DNA of 64,000 nt from NCBI GenBank assembly GCA_964016885.1, contig OZ024740.1, positions 10,788,001 to 10,852,000 on the forward strand. The letters are read 5' to 3'. The position numbers were made by a program, and so were the translations under genes. The DNA comes from Eledone cirrhosa. Lineage: Eukaryota. Shown piece by piece: positions 1-15,515 of the stretch; position 1 is the first letter of the stretch; the number at the start of each line of letters is the position of its first letter. Under the pieces are notes generated by a model. It did no database searches. It saw only the letters and a program-made list of their open reading frames with translations, and was not told the DNA's origin.

Positions 1-776
1 GTGCACAAAAAAAAACGCAACAAAGTTAGCTTGGTGCAAGTAATTGAAAAGTTGGAATTGAAAAGTTATACATACAGGTATTAAATTCAAAAAATCTAAC
101 CATCCTAAAACTAAAAAGCCAAGTTGAGGGCACAAATAAATTGCTATGGCCGTCGCTCACACACACACACACTGCAGGGGACCCAGGGTAATTGCCCTCT
201 CTGTTCCCAATTGAATCCTACCCTGCTTACAATAACGAGGGACATATTTTAGTGCTGGAGAGAAACGTTGGTAAATAAAAAGAGAGGACGATTAGGTCTA
301 AAACATCTATGACCATAACTTGGTTATCGGGATTTACTTGCAGCTAAGCAATAACAAAAAATAAAACCAATGTATTAGTATGTATTAATCTGACGTAAGT
401 GGTTTGCCTAAGAACCACTAGTAATGTCACGAAAACCTCCATTCGGGAAGAGAAATATACCCTTGATGGTACTAGCTTTATAATTAACTACAAGTGTGTA
501 GGGATCTTATGCAGCTAAACGACTTTTATAGAATGGTCACTGTTGGACTAAAGAAATGCCAAGTAAAGGCCAACAATTACCTCAGTGCTTTACTGGTACT
601 TTATTTTATCGACCTCGTAATGAGGAGTTGATACAAAAAAACTACAAATCTTTAACAAAAGGGAGACAACTAATACAGAACAGAAAGGAAAAGGAAAGGA
701 AGTTATACTAGAAAATGAAAACAGAAGAAACAATACTAAAAATAGTGAATATGTTAAAATCTAAGCTAAACATCTA

Positions 777-916
777 AACACAGGTGTTGAGAATGCCATG
801 ATAAAACGGGTGTTGAGAATGCCATGATAAAACACAGGTGTTGAGAATGCCATGATAAAACACAGGTGTTGAGAACGCCATGATAAAACACAGGTGTTGA
901 GAACGCCATGATAAAA
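777..916. repeat. ~29-bp minisatellite (aaacacaggtgttgagaatgccatgataa) x ~5
   Basis: Direct tandem copies read in the sequence; one copy is 2 nt shorter. Confidence 0.85.
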
Positions 917-1129
917 CTGTCACAATCTTGTATATAGCCAATACGAGAAAAATATCAATTGGAAGGACATAGACAAAAAAATTCATAACACCAGCTAAGA
1001 AGTGTTGGACTCATAGCTGAGACTGAAGGACTTTTAATTGCTGCACTCCAAAGCTATTCTACCAGAAACCACCAAAACAGATGATGAAACACAACCGGTC
1101 GACGTCGAAACCCCAGACGTAGTTGGACA

Positions 1130-1295
1130 CCATACAGTCGAGCTCCTCCGTAAGATTGGAATGTCGAGGGCCCGTCTGAGGAAGAAGCCTCATGCGGTGG
1201 GGCGGCTGTTGCAGCGGGTGTCACTGGCTATTGTCCGCGGGAATGCTACTGAGGTCTTGTCCGCTGGGCGCAGATCCTTTACCGCCGCGCCCTAG
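1130..1295 (+). mobile_element. 3' fragment of a CRE-like RLE non-LTR retrotransposon
   Basis: Translation LLQRVSLAIVRGNA matches the C-terminal motif of the other CRE-like copies in this window. Confidence 0.6.
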
Positions 1296-1699
1296 ACCCA
1301 GAGCTCAATTACCCCCACCCCACCCCTTCCTCTGTAACATTTCCTCCCTTTTCGTTTTTTTTTCCTTTTCTTTATATTTTCCTATTTTACATCCCATTCT
1401 TTCTTCTCAATCTATATTGTCTTTTTTTCTTTTTCAATTAAACCGTATTTACATGATATATTCCATAAATAAATTATTATCCAATACACTTAGTCAATTC
1501 AGAATATATGGAGATCACCTCTGGTCACCCAGTCTTAATCAAGGAAGCATATATCCACAGACATGGCAGAGTTTAGGTTTACATACATTAGAAGATATGC
1601 TTGCATCATGAAATTGTAACAGAAAAAACGTTGTACTGACACAAGAAAACGTATCAGAGAATGACAAAACAACCTGTCTCTGGAACAATATACAATAAA

Positions 1700-2110
1700 C
1701 AATATAAAACTGTTATTCTATTATGTGTTTCCAGCCGATGTTACACTTTGTAGAGCCAGCCTTCCCTGGTTGGCCATTGATGCAAGAGGGAGTTTGTTGC
1801 TCTTATTTGTGCTTCACCTTTTGCTGTGCGTTCATCTGGGATCTTAGTTAGTAGAATGTCGAGATATTTCTTGAAAACATCTACAAGCACATCATGTAGA
1901 TCTCTCAGATTTTTTAGGCAGCTTATTAAAAAGCTGGGGTCGCTTGAACCCCAGGCTATTGCAGTATGTGGTCTTTATTCTCGATGCGACGGATGATACT
2001 TTTGGCACTAAACAGTGGCGTACTGTTCGCGGACTGGTCCTGCTTTCACTGCCGAAGTTTGGTGCTAACCCTTCCAGTATTTTCCATATATATATCACTG
2101 AGTATTTGTT
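1700..2110 (-). mobile_element. CR1/L2-like LINE 3' fragment
   Basis: Minus ORF YSVIYIWKILEGLAPNFG...NSLGFKRPQLFNKLPK resembles a CR1-group ORF2 C-terminus. Confidence 0.6.
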
Positions 2111-2442
2111 GAGCATGTATTACGGGTAGCAACTACTGATTCTCAATAATTCTCTTTCTTCTTGGCATTAAGCTAACAAACATTCAAATAATTTCTTCCT
2201 CGTGATTGTTTTTATCGTCTTTGATGTTTTTATTTATAGCTGTTGACCTTGCACGATATATATTATATATGTATGTGTATAATATATATGGGTGTGTGTG
2301 TGAATATGTATGTATAATATATGTGTGCGTTTTGATCTGTTATTTTAATAAATTTTTGCTCTACGGTTCTTATATATTTGATATATATTTATCCTTATCG
2401 AGCCCTCTTTGGATTTTAGTCTTCAAATTTATTTATTATTAT

Positions 2443-2477
<35 letters not shown>

Positions 2478-2486
<9 letters not shown>

Positions 2487-4035
2487 AGATCAAAAGATGG
2501 TTAAATGAGTTCCATGTATTTTATTATGCGCATTTCAAAAACAAATATCATCATGCAATAACATTTGTGTTTTCATCAGATAAAATAGGATGACAAGATA
2601 TGAAGGTTAAAAACACTTGTGGATAGTGCAGTTTTAAATCAACATATGAAAAGTAGTTTTAGATTGATGTGTGATATTGGGGAAAACAATTTTTTTTGAG
2701 AGGGGTTGGGGGGTGGAAAGGATGAAAAAGAGGAGGAGATGAGAGTAAAAAGTGGAGGGGGGAGGAGTATAATGAGGAAGGATGAGATAGGAGGAGAGAT
2801 GGCTGATAGAGAGAGAGATAGCTTTTATAACTGAGAAAAATATATTGTTTTACATAGAGAGGTTGAAAAACCGTTGGAAGATAATGTATAAATTAAAAGA
2901 ATTTGAAAATTAACGAAGAGAAAAATAATGTAAAGTTAAGGCTTGTATATTGAAGGGTTTAATAATATGTGCGATGAAAAGAAATTGTTAATATGTATTA
3001 AGAATAATATTTAAGGGTTTAATAATATGTGCGATGGAAAGAAAATGTTAATATGTATTATTAAAAAAACAGAAGTAATGTAAGTAAGGATATATTGTGA
3101 GATGTGCATGAATAAGTTAGATGAAAGTGAGATAAAAATAATGAATAGAGGATGAATAATCTAACGTAAAAAAAAATGTTTATGTTTACGAAGGATGTTT
3201 TCAAGGTGATATAAAGTAAGAATATAGTGTATGTGTAATAATTGTTTCTATGTTAGGCACAGTGAGAAAAGGTACAGATTAGGGGCTAGAAATTAAAAGA
3301 AAAAGCAAAAGAAAAGAAAAGGAAAAGGAAGAAAGAGAAGTGATGAATAGGAATGATATAGAATATGATAAATAACTTTGAAATAAGGTAGAAAGATGGG
3401 TATATTTTTAAAGAAGTATATATATATATATGTGCCTTTGAGAAAAGGATTCTGAATTGATAAAGTTTAGGATATTAGCTGTATACTTTATGGAAAGTTC
3501 TGTGGAATTTATGCAAGCAGATAGAAAACAAGTCAGTGCGTCTATTTATTATAGAATCTAAATTAGATATAATAGTAAATTTTTCATTCAGACAGAGATT
3601 GCAAGTCTTGGATAGAGAACTGTTCAAGTATGTAGAAGCAGAGGAAACCTTCTTCCAAGAGATGTTATATTTAATATTTTTGTCTTTCAAGGACCATATG
3701 AGTTCTGAGAGAGCTGTGTTGGTTCTTTTAAGTTTATATTTAAAAGACGAATGATGATTATAAAGACGAGCTTTAAAGGAGGTGGAAGTGGAGCCAAAGT
3801 AGGTGAAGGAATTGGTGTCAGTTATAACTTTACATTCGTAAATTAAGTTTTTATCAAGACAATGGCTGTTGCAATTGCCCTGCTAAAAATAAATGTCCTC
3901 TCAACAACCATTGTCTTGATAAAAACTTAATTTACGAATGTAAAGTTATAACTGACACCAATTTCTATTTGTTTTTGAAATGCGCATAATAAAATACATG
4001 GAACTCATTTAACCATCTTTTGATCTTATATATTA
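2478..4035 (-). mobile_element. Penelope-like element 3' part (GIY-YIG endonuclease plus long tail) with inverted ends
   Basis: Minus strand 3475-3870 reads CLDKNLIYECKV...TYFGSTSTSFKARLYNH...CNLCLNEK (GIY-YIG). 2478-2547 is inverted at 3966-4035, and there is an internal hairpin at 3809-3962. Confidence 0.75.
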
Positions 4036-4119
4036 TGTATACTCCAGTCCTACAAACTGTAGAGTGCTTCTTATCTGATATCTGCATAGCTTTATTGTAC
4101 TACAATAAAACTCACCTCC

Positions 4120-4190
<71 letters not shown>

Positions 4191-5004
4191 CGAATGGTAA
4201 AAATAAAAAAAGTTAGATGGTTATATGTGGTTATTTAGATATGATTATAACAAGTATGATAAGAATAGGTGTAATAACGAGAATATAAAGAATAAATGAT
4301 TTGGCTTATATATGGTTTGCTTCACGTGAATCAATTAAAAAGTACATATAAAACAGTTACCAAGAGTTGTTAAGGTTGACAATGTTTTTGTTATTAGTTT
4401 ATGAGACTGTTGTAGTCTGTAGTTGACTGTTGTTGTTGGTGTGAAAACAGCGAGCGAACAGATAATGTTGTTGTTGTTGGAGTCCGTGGTAATAGTTGAG
4501 ACCATAGTGAGTGAGAGAGAGAGTAATGGTTTGTATACCTCTGAATGGTCTGTAGTAGTAGGGCTCCAATCTCTCTGTGTGTATCTGTAGACCTCATGGT
4601 GTCTGTTGATAGTGGTGAATCCTTACATAGTTTGTTATAGGTGTAATGCTCCGATGTATCTGTCTAAAAATAGCTCTATATATAGCTGTCACTTCCTGTG
4701 TCCGCGCATTGCCTGGGGACTTAGCTGAGAATAGACTCCCTGATGACACAATAAATTCTCGACAGTTGGATTACGTAACTGTCTTTATCCCATTGCAGAA
4801 ACTAATTAGTTGGAGTGAAAATTTAAGTAAGTAAGTAAAAGATTTTTTTAAAATTTTTTTAGAAGGTATTTTCTTATTTTACGTCTTTTATATTATTGTT
4901 CTGCATCCTCCTGCATTGAACCACCTAGGTACTATGACATAACCTGTGTATTTGCTGGCATGGGCGTGCATCTGTGCGCTTATGTTAGTTGATATATTAA
5001 ATTA

Positions 5005-5062
<58 letters not shown>

Positions 5063-5070
5063 ATATATAT

Positions 5071-5105
<35 letters not shown>

Positions 5106-5189
5106 TTGTGTTAAAAGCAAAGGAAAAAAGAGTACTCTATGTATAAAACAGATGCCTTTGGTAATGGAGTGGTTATATATTGTGTTGTC

Positions 5190-5247
<58 letters not shown>

Positions 5248-5267
5248 ATACATACATACATATATAT

Positions 5268-6351
5268 ACCAGATAGAAAAATGCGTACAGCAAAAAAAAG
5301 TAATATTGTTGGAATATAAACCTTTAAAAATACAGGACAAGAAACTAAAATAAAACTTTAAAAGAATAGGACAAGAAACTAAGATAAAACTTTAAAAGAA
5401 TAGGACAAGAAACTAAGATAAAACTTTAAAGAATTGGACAAGAAATAAAAAATGTTACAATAATATTAGTGGCAAAATTCTTATTGGTAAAAAATCGAGT
5501 TCCACATTCATAGGCTCTGGGTTCCACATTCAGAGGTCGTCGTCAGACCGGGGGGATCATTCGATCTTGGTTTGAACACCAATTGGGCCATAACCATGCC
5601 CCTATTTCATCATTCGGCGACACGCCTCATGTGTCATGCATAATGTGAATGGACCCATGGGCCCATGAGCACAGATCTTGAGCAGCAGCGGACGGTCTTG
5701 TCGTCCCGCTCATCCTTGATCTTGACCAACCTGTCCATCTTCTCCTTGCATCTTGTCCTTGAGTTCAAGTCCGGCAGTCCAGATGAATGCGTGCCACAGC
5801 TTTCTGGTACAGGAAGGGGGAGCAGGAGGACTGGAGGGATGACGGGACAGAGGGAGGGAGGACCGGTGGTTGAGGGAGGTGCCGTAGTCGGTGGTCAGAG
5901 TCGACATCTTGTCCCGGTCATCTTCTCCATCTTCGTCTGGTGTTGCGGGACCAGAAGTGCATTCTTGGAGGAGACCTGCAGCTGCATCGGCAAATTCTTC
6001 TTGCAATGGTCATTCTGACGGAGCAGAACTGCTCAGCCAACCAGAACCAACCGCTCAGGGGCTACGCAGAATGAGAGCATGACAATTATTATACACTAAT
6101 GAAGAAGATACTGGGGTATAGCACAGGAAACGAATAAAAAAATTTTGCCACTAATATTATTGTAAAATTTTTTATTTCTTGTCCAATTCTTTAAAGTTTT
6201 ATCTTAGTTTCTTGTCCTATTCTTTTAAAGTTTTATCTTAGTTTCTTGTCCTATTCTTTTAAATTTTATTTTAGTTTCTTGTCCTGTATTTTTAAAGGTT
6301 TATATTCCAACAATATTACTTTTTTTTGCTGTACGCATTTTTCTATCTGGT
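5268..6351. repeat. Foldback-like structure: ~210-bp inverted arms with internal 34-bp tandem repeats around a GC-rich ~660-bp spacer
   Basis: 5268-5479 is the reverse complement of 6141-6351; the unit aggacaagaaactaagataaaactttaaaagaat repeats ~3x in each arm. Confidence 0.8.
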
Positions 6352-6624
6352 CTACTATTTTTTAAGGCAATGCAAGCAACAACTATCTAATAATTAAATG
6401 ATCATAGTGAATTACTGACAAGTGATTGACATTTTAAAGTTCTTTTGAGTATAATTGCAATCTAGTTGAGGCAACTGGCTTAATGACAAAGCTAGTAAAT
6501 CATGAATGCATTTGAGATGATTAGTGCATAATAGTGAATTGGTGAAACTTGTGCATTTCAATGGTGTTACAACAATAGATGTAAGTTATATAGTAGTAAT
6601 ACTTTATCATTTTAACTTTTTAGA

Positions 6625-6984
6625 ATGGACAAAAACCCATGCAAAGAAATGACTTTGACTGCAGTGATTCTCTCCAATTTACTTACAAAGCAAAACGTGG
6701 TCAAATACTTTATCATCTCTGATAAAATGCCCATTGAATCACTGAAAATCGGATGCATGGAGTTCCTCATAAAATGCACCTATGAATCGGAAGCCATCAC
6801 ATATATCAATGGATATAGGGAGTTGTTCACACTGGAAGACCATCACTTCATTTGTGACTTCATCAGTTATCTCCACGATTATCTCAGACACCCAATGCCA
6901 TTGATGAGAGGTGATCCAATGTGTGAGCATGTAACTAATCTTATAGAAGTTGTTATCGACCACCTGGCTTTTAGTGACATTTGA
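6625..6984 (+). CDS. Putative 119-aa ORF with weak BACK (BTB-associated)-like segment
   Basis: Normal-complexity ORF preceded by a tttttAG; LTKQNVVKYFIISDKMPIESLKIGCMEFL resembles the BACK helix pattern by eye only. Confidence 0.3.
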   Translation: MDKNPCKEMTLTAVILSNLLTKQNVVKYFIISDKMPIESLKIGCMEFLIKCTYESEAITYINGYRELFTLEDHHFICDFISYLHDYLRHPMPLMRGDPMCEHVTNLIEVVIDHLAFSDI

Positions 6985-7125
6985 CTGATTTGACTGATAA
7001 TGATGTATTTTTAAAAAGTATGTGTACATTCTTGTTACTATTTTAAGGCAATGCAAGCAACAACTATTTAATAAAATTTAAATTTAAAAATGACCATTGT
7101 GCATTACTAGTATGATGACATGGGT

Positions 7126-7196
7126 GATGTGTTGGTGTAATGGTAGACCAGTGGTCTGGATAACCAAAGATGTGGGTTCGACTCCCATGTACGTCA
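7126..7196 (+). tRNA. tRNA-like sequence (pseudo-tRNA or SINE head), anticodon-loop triplet GGA
   Basis: A-box TGGTGTAATGG, T-arm GTGGG-TTCGACT-CCCAT, GU-rich acceptor pairing GATGTGT/GTACGTC, and a downstream T5 run; D-stem and anticodon stem are imperfect. Confidence 0.45.
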
Positions 7197-8127
7197 ATAC
7201 TCATCTTTTTCCATTTATCTGAGGGTTCTAAACCCCATTTTCAGGCTAAAATTACTTTAGTCAAAAATACGGTGAAAGCTATTCTATATATATTTATTTA
7301 TTTACTTATTTATTCAGTTGAAGAAAGTTGGTTGTTTGAAAATCTGCCGGCTTTTTCTTAACAGATGTAAAGCACTCCACGATGTTTGTTCATCCGGAGT
7401 TTTATTATAATAATAAACAAGAAAGACGGTTTCATTTGTACATCCCTATTTATTTTGTTATACGTATTTCAAAGACGGCAATTGTATAACAGCTGCCCTA
7501 CGTGTTGTTTTCAGATCCAAACGAGATATTAAAGATCCATTGATATGTTACCGGTCATACGTGTTATTCCCTTCTCCGACCAGTAATCATATGTCTGTAA
7601 CTCTCAAGTAGTAGTTGTTATATGTGCGGGAGATATTCCAATTGGAGTTGCTGAACTGGCTACGGTATCAAGTTACCAGATTGGTCGCTTGATACCTAGT
7701 GAGGCATATAGGAACTGTTAGTCTTTTTTTTTTTCTTATACTAGATTTTAGTCACTTAGATACTAATTCTAATTTTAGATATTTTTACTTTGATGCTGAT
7801 GTTATAATGTATCTATATATTAATGAATGTTTAATTAATTATTTGGTGATCTATTTAACATTCAAGTTTTAACTATATACTCTACGAAATTTCTTATAAA
7901 TTTTTAAACAAGAATTAAAAATAAATGTAATCTGAGTTTTTCGAATATTAATAATAATATTCGATTCGTTTGCAATTATGTAAACAGCCTATTTTATAGG
8001 CCATGTCAGTAGAATGAGCTCTTCTTCTCGGGCTTGTGTTGGCATGCGAACAGAACTACAAACACTAATGTTTCTGGGTATCACCCTTCATTAGTACAGT
8101 TTACTGCTTACTTGCCAACTGTCAGAG

Positions 8128-8217
<90 letters not shown>

Positions 8218-8324
8218 GCGTACGTATGTACATATATATGTATATATATGTATTTCTCCCTATATATATATTCATATATATATATATATATATATATATG
8301 AATATATATATATATATATATATA

Positions 8325-8383
<59 letters not shown>

Positions 8384-8530
8384 GAAAGAAGAGTGACATG
8401 GTTTGCTATACAATAAGGGCTTTATTTACATTGCTGACAATTGTTTCTTTGATCTGGTAGGTCTAGAGTTCGCTAATCGCTTGATGTTGCGTCAATCGAT
8501 CTCCAATACTTTGTTTATAACCATTAGTTA

Positions 8531-11500
8531 TTGTGGGTATGGTGTGGCATGCGGTGGCCGGAAGCGGGGGAGTGCTCGACCGGAAGGGTGCTTGGCTGGA
8601 AGGATGCTCGACCGGAAGGGCCAGCAGATCAGCCTCTCTCTAGTGGTGACCAGCAACGGTGTGGACGCGAGTTTTGGCAGCTCCCGGTGTTAAGGAGCTG
8701 GACGTACGTGGAAGAGGAGAAACCAGCAGTGGGATTTAGCGGTGCCTATGAAAAGCGGTGAGATAGCTTTTTTAACCACAAGCTATTTCGGCACTGGAAA
8801 CTGAGATCTAATTAAAAAAAAAAAAAAAAAAAGCTACTGGAAAAACAGAGAGGAGTCTGTTGTTTTTTTATCACGTACCGCAAGACAAATTAGAAGATGG
8901 CGACAAGACTACGAACAAGCGAAGAGATCAGGGCATTTACCGGTGAAGGTGATGTTGTCGCTTGGCTGCGAAAAGTCCGGCTGATCGCAAGCTTGCAGAA
9001 GATAGAAGATGTGGCTGGCCTCATGGCACTGTACCTCGAGGGGGACGCGTTGGTACTCTTCCTTGAGTTGGACGAACATAGCCAAAGAGATGCGGAAAAG
9101 ATTGAGAGGCGCATGCTGGAAGTGTTCGCAGAGGGACCGTTAGCCGCTTTCGCTAATCTGGCAAGAATTAGATGGAACGGTGAACGCGTTGACATTTTCG
9201 CAGCGGAAATACGGCATTGGCCATGTTGGCTGGATATCAGGTGGAATGCGAACGCACGGTGCGGTTGGCGTTCATAAATGGATTTCCAGACGACATAGCG
9301 GTGAAACTGCAGCAAGTCCCAGGTTACAAAGAAATGGAAATGCGTTCACTGGTGGAACAAGCCCGGATCATAGCAGAAGATGCCAAGAAGAGTGTCGCGG
9401 CGATAGCAACTACAGAGTCTCAAGACATGGCAGCGAAATGGTGAAAGGGAGGTAACCACGGCACGCGGTCGCCCGCGAACGTTTAGAGGCCACATCGCTA
9501 CTAACTGCGACCAGGGAAACGATCCAAGGGGAACTACTGCATCGGTAGTTGCCCCTTACGAGTAGAGGTGGTGGAAGTCTTCGTGAGGGGAAAGCCACAG
9601 CGAGCCCTCGTGGACACGGGCTGTACGACGACACTGGTGACCGCGGGGGTGGTGCAGAGGTGGAGAGGGAAGAGCAGCGTAAGGGCAGTCGGCGGCAGGA
9701 AAATTGAATGCCGAGGTCGCAGCGAGATGGAAATAGCGGTACGGGGAAGGAAAATAAGGCTTTCTGCCATCGTAGTAGACAGCGGGGTGGATGGGATCGG
9801 CGTGGTTATGGGCATGGACGCAATTGGCCGTCTAGGAGGCGTCACAGTGAACAACGTCGGTGTGTCGTTTGGCGCCGCTGCATCGGTATGCGCTGTGAGT
9901 GCGCGACAGGAGAACCAGAAGGCCCACGAGGAGAAATACCCCGCTTATACTGTGCAGGACAAAGACTTCAAGGCCGTGTTCGGTGGGCAGCGATGGGTTG
10001 TTGAGTGGTACTGGAAGGGAGAACCACCAACACTGAAGACCAAAGTGGGCTGCTATCAACACACATTGAAGGGAGACATTAGGAGCGAGTTCGAGCGAGA
10101 GGTAGAGAGATGGATTGAGGAGGGCATACTGCTTCCCTGGAAAGAGGAGGTGAAGTGCGGAGTATTGCCGTTAATGGCAGTGGCGCAACCCACGAAGAAC
10201 AAGGTGAGGCCGGTGCTGGACTTTCGGGAACTGAAAGAGCACGTGTCATGCCACACGGGTGGCGAGGTCACGGATGTCTGTGGGGAAACCCTGCGTGAGT
10301 GGAGACGCATGACGGGGGGTTCAGCAATCGTAGATCTAAAGTTGGCATACTTGCAATTGCATATAGATGAGAAGCTCTGGCAGTATCAGCTGGTCAGGTA
10401 TAAGGGCCGGACATATTGCCTGACCAGGCTCGGATTCGGGCTGAGCTCCGCAACGAAGATCATGGTGGCGGCCCTCAAGACCATTCTGGGAAAGGCCGAC
10501 AAGATGAAGAGGGCTTTAACTCCTACATTGACGACATCCTAGTGGACAAGTCTGTGGTGTCGGCGGCGGAGGTCACGAGCCATTTACAGGGGTATGGACT
10601 GGCTGCGAAGCCGTCAGAAGCGTTGGAGGGAGGAGCCGCACTGGGACTTACGCTACGGCGAGACAGGACGGGCGTCTTGGTATTCCAGAGGGAAAATGAA
10701 GTTCCAGAACTGGGCCCAAGTATGAGTAGGTGGGAGCTTTTCTCGGTGTGTGGAAAGTTGGTGAGTCACTACCTGATTGCTGGGTGGCTCCGGACGGCAT
10801 GCAGCTATGTCAACAGACGAGCGGGAGGAGTGACAGAGTGGGAGAGAGGACGGTGGCCATGATGCAGGAGATCGTGGGGAGGGTGAAGGCCGACGACCCA
10901 GTGCGGGGACGCTGGTATGTTCCCAAATCACAGAGCGGGACCGTATGGTGCGATGCCAGCAGCATAGCGCTGGGTGTCACGTTGGCGATAGGAGGTTTTG
11001 AGGTCGAGGATGCAGCCTGGCTTAGGAAGAAGGACGACTGAAACCACATCAATGTGGCCGAACTGGAAGCAGTGTTGAGAGGGGTGAACCTCGCCCTGAG
11101 GTGGGGAGTGCGCACCATCGAGATACGCACCGACTCGGCTACTGTACTCGGATGGGTGAGATCAGTGCTCACCAGTGAGAAGAGAGTGCGAAAGAGAGGG
11201 GCGGCGGAGATGCTGATAAAGCGCCGCCTGGGAACTTTAGGAGAGCTGGCCACCGAGTTTGACCTGAGGCTGAACGTAGTTTTCGTGCCCTCAGAGAAAA
11301 ATATGGCGGACGTCTTAACTAGGGTGAAGAAAGCCTGGATGGAAGCGCCGGAGGAGGTAGAAGATGAGATAGCTGCCGTGTGTCGGCTGACCGAGTCGGA
11401 TTTGAAAGGGTTGCATGACATGCACCACATAGGAGTGGATAGGAGCCTGTTCCTAGCCAGGAGAATCGACTCGGACGTTAACAAACACAGTGTTCAAAGG

Positions 11501-11751
11501 GTGGTTAGAGGCTGCGTCCGATGTCAGTCCATTGATCCCGCCCCGAGTGTGCACAAAACGGAAAGCCTCCCGGTGGATCGCGACTGGAAACGATTGGCGG
11601 TGGATGTAACGCACTACCGACAGGGAACGTACCTGTCGATGGTCGACTGTGGACCCGGACGGATGGCGATATGGAGGGAGATGAAGACTGGAACGGCCGA
11701 GGAAATCATGCGGACGTTGAGAGAGGTGTTCTTGGAGCGGGGCCCTGTTAC
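8531..11751 (+). mobile_element. Decayed Gypsy/Ty3 LTR retrotransposon (gag-PR-RT-RNaseH-IN), 3'-truncated
   Basis: gag-like 8897-9455; protease ALVDTGCT; RT RPVLDFR and YIDDILV; RNase H WCDASS, ELEA, TDS; integrase H..HH...C..C and LAVDVTH. Frameshifts and stops are present, and it breaks off at a microsatellite at ~11752. Confidence 0.9.
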
Positions 11752-11849
11752 TTAAATATAAGTATGTATACGTACGTACATATATGTATACAGACGTACA
11801 GTAGTATGTATATATATATACATACATGCACGCACACATATATATATGT

Positions 11850-13888
<2,039 letters not shown>

Positions 13889-13896
13889 CGTATATA

Positions 13897-14017
<121 letters not shown>

Positions 14018-14117
14018 GTTATCATATACATAAAGTTAAAGATATATATATGTTGCAACTGTTCACTTTTAAGCTCTATGAAGAATTAATAAATTAAAAT
14101 AAAAAAAATCAGAGCAT

Positions 14118-14775
14118 TATATCATAAATCATGTCTTTAGAATCATCAGATATTAAAATATATACGATTTCTTCTTCTAATTAGCATAATTAACCATATA
14201 CAAAATTAATCCTAGCAAACTATAAGAATAAATTCTCTTATGGGGAAATCGCCGACAAATAATCGATCGTAGCCTCTTCGCGGCGGCCCCGTTTCATTAT
14301 TTATCCAACATTTCGACAGCATGTAGAATCCGACTAAATATACCATCAACCACACACAATTAGTAGTAAAATTAAACTTAGAAGAAATGCGCACATACCG
14401 TAATTATATCTCTACCATGGTTTCTTGAAACCTAACTCTGGACATTCCTATTATTTGGATGTCCTAAATAAGGAAGAAACCATGGTAGAGATATAATTAC
14501 GGTATGTGCGCATTTCTTCTAAGTTTAATTTTACTACTAATTGTGTGTGGTTGATGGTATATTTAGTTGGATTCTACATGCTGTCGAAATGTTGGATAAA
14601 TAATGAAACGGGGCCGCCGCGAAGAGGCTACGATCGATTATTTGTCGGAGATTTCCCCATAAGAGAATTTATTCTTATAGCTTGCTAGGATTGATTTTGT
14701 ATATGGTTAATTATGCTAATTAGAAGAAGAAATAGTATATATTTTAATATCTGATGATTCTAAAGACATGATTTA

Positions 14776-14781
<6 letters not shown>
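14118..14781. repeat. Near-perfect palindrome, ~310-bp arms, ~46-nt loop
   Basis: Mirror ORFs 14212-14394(-) and 14506-14688(+); centre ~14450. Confidence 0.9.
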
Positions 14782-14813
<32 letters not shown>

Positions 14814-14941
14814 AATATAAGATCAAAAGATGGTTAAAGGAGTTCCATGTATTTTATTATGCGCATTTCAAAAACAAACCCATGTATTTTATTATGCGCA
14901 TATATACGCATATATACGTATATATATATATATATACGTAT

Positions 14942-15023
<82 letters not shown>

Positions 15024-15106
15024 GTATATATATATATATATACACATATATATATGTGTATATGTGTGTATGTATATATATATATATATGTGTGTGTATG
15101 TATATA

Positions 15107-15145
<39 letters not shown>

Positions 15146-15340
15146 ATGTGTGTTTTTATTTTATTTTTCCTTTCCTTCCTCCTTCTCCAGCCTCACTTTC
15201 ATATAGATTGCATTTTTGCTTTTAGAATCCAATATCAATAAATACACCAGGATTTTTTCATTCTGATGATTGAAAGCAACATTTTTTGCTTTTAAGAAAC
15301 CACTGGTAAATGGAATAATTGCCTTATGTTGTTTATTACG

Positions 15341-15419
<79 letters not shown>

Positions 15420-15441
15420 GTATATATATATATATATATAC

Positions 15442-15477
<36 letters not shown>

Positions 15478-15515
15478 TTGCGAGGTTTTTTATATGAAAT
15501 CGTGTGTCGAAACAA

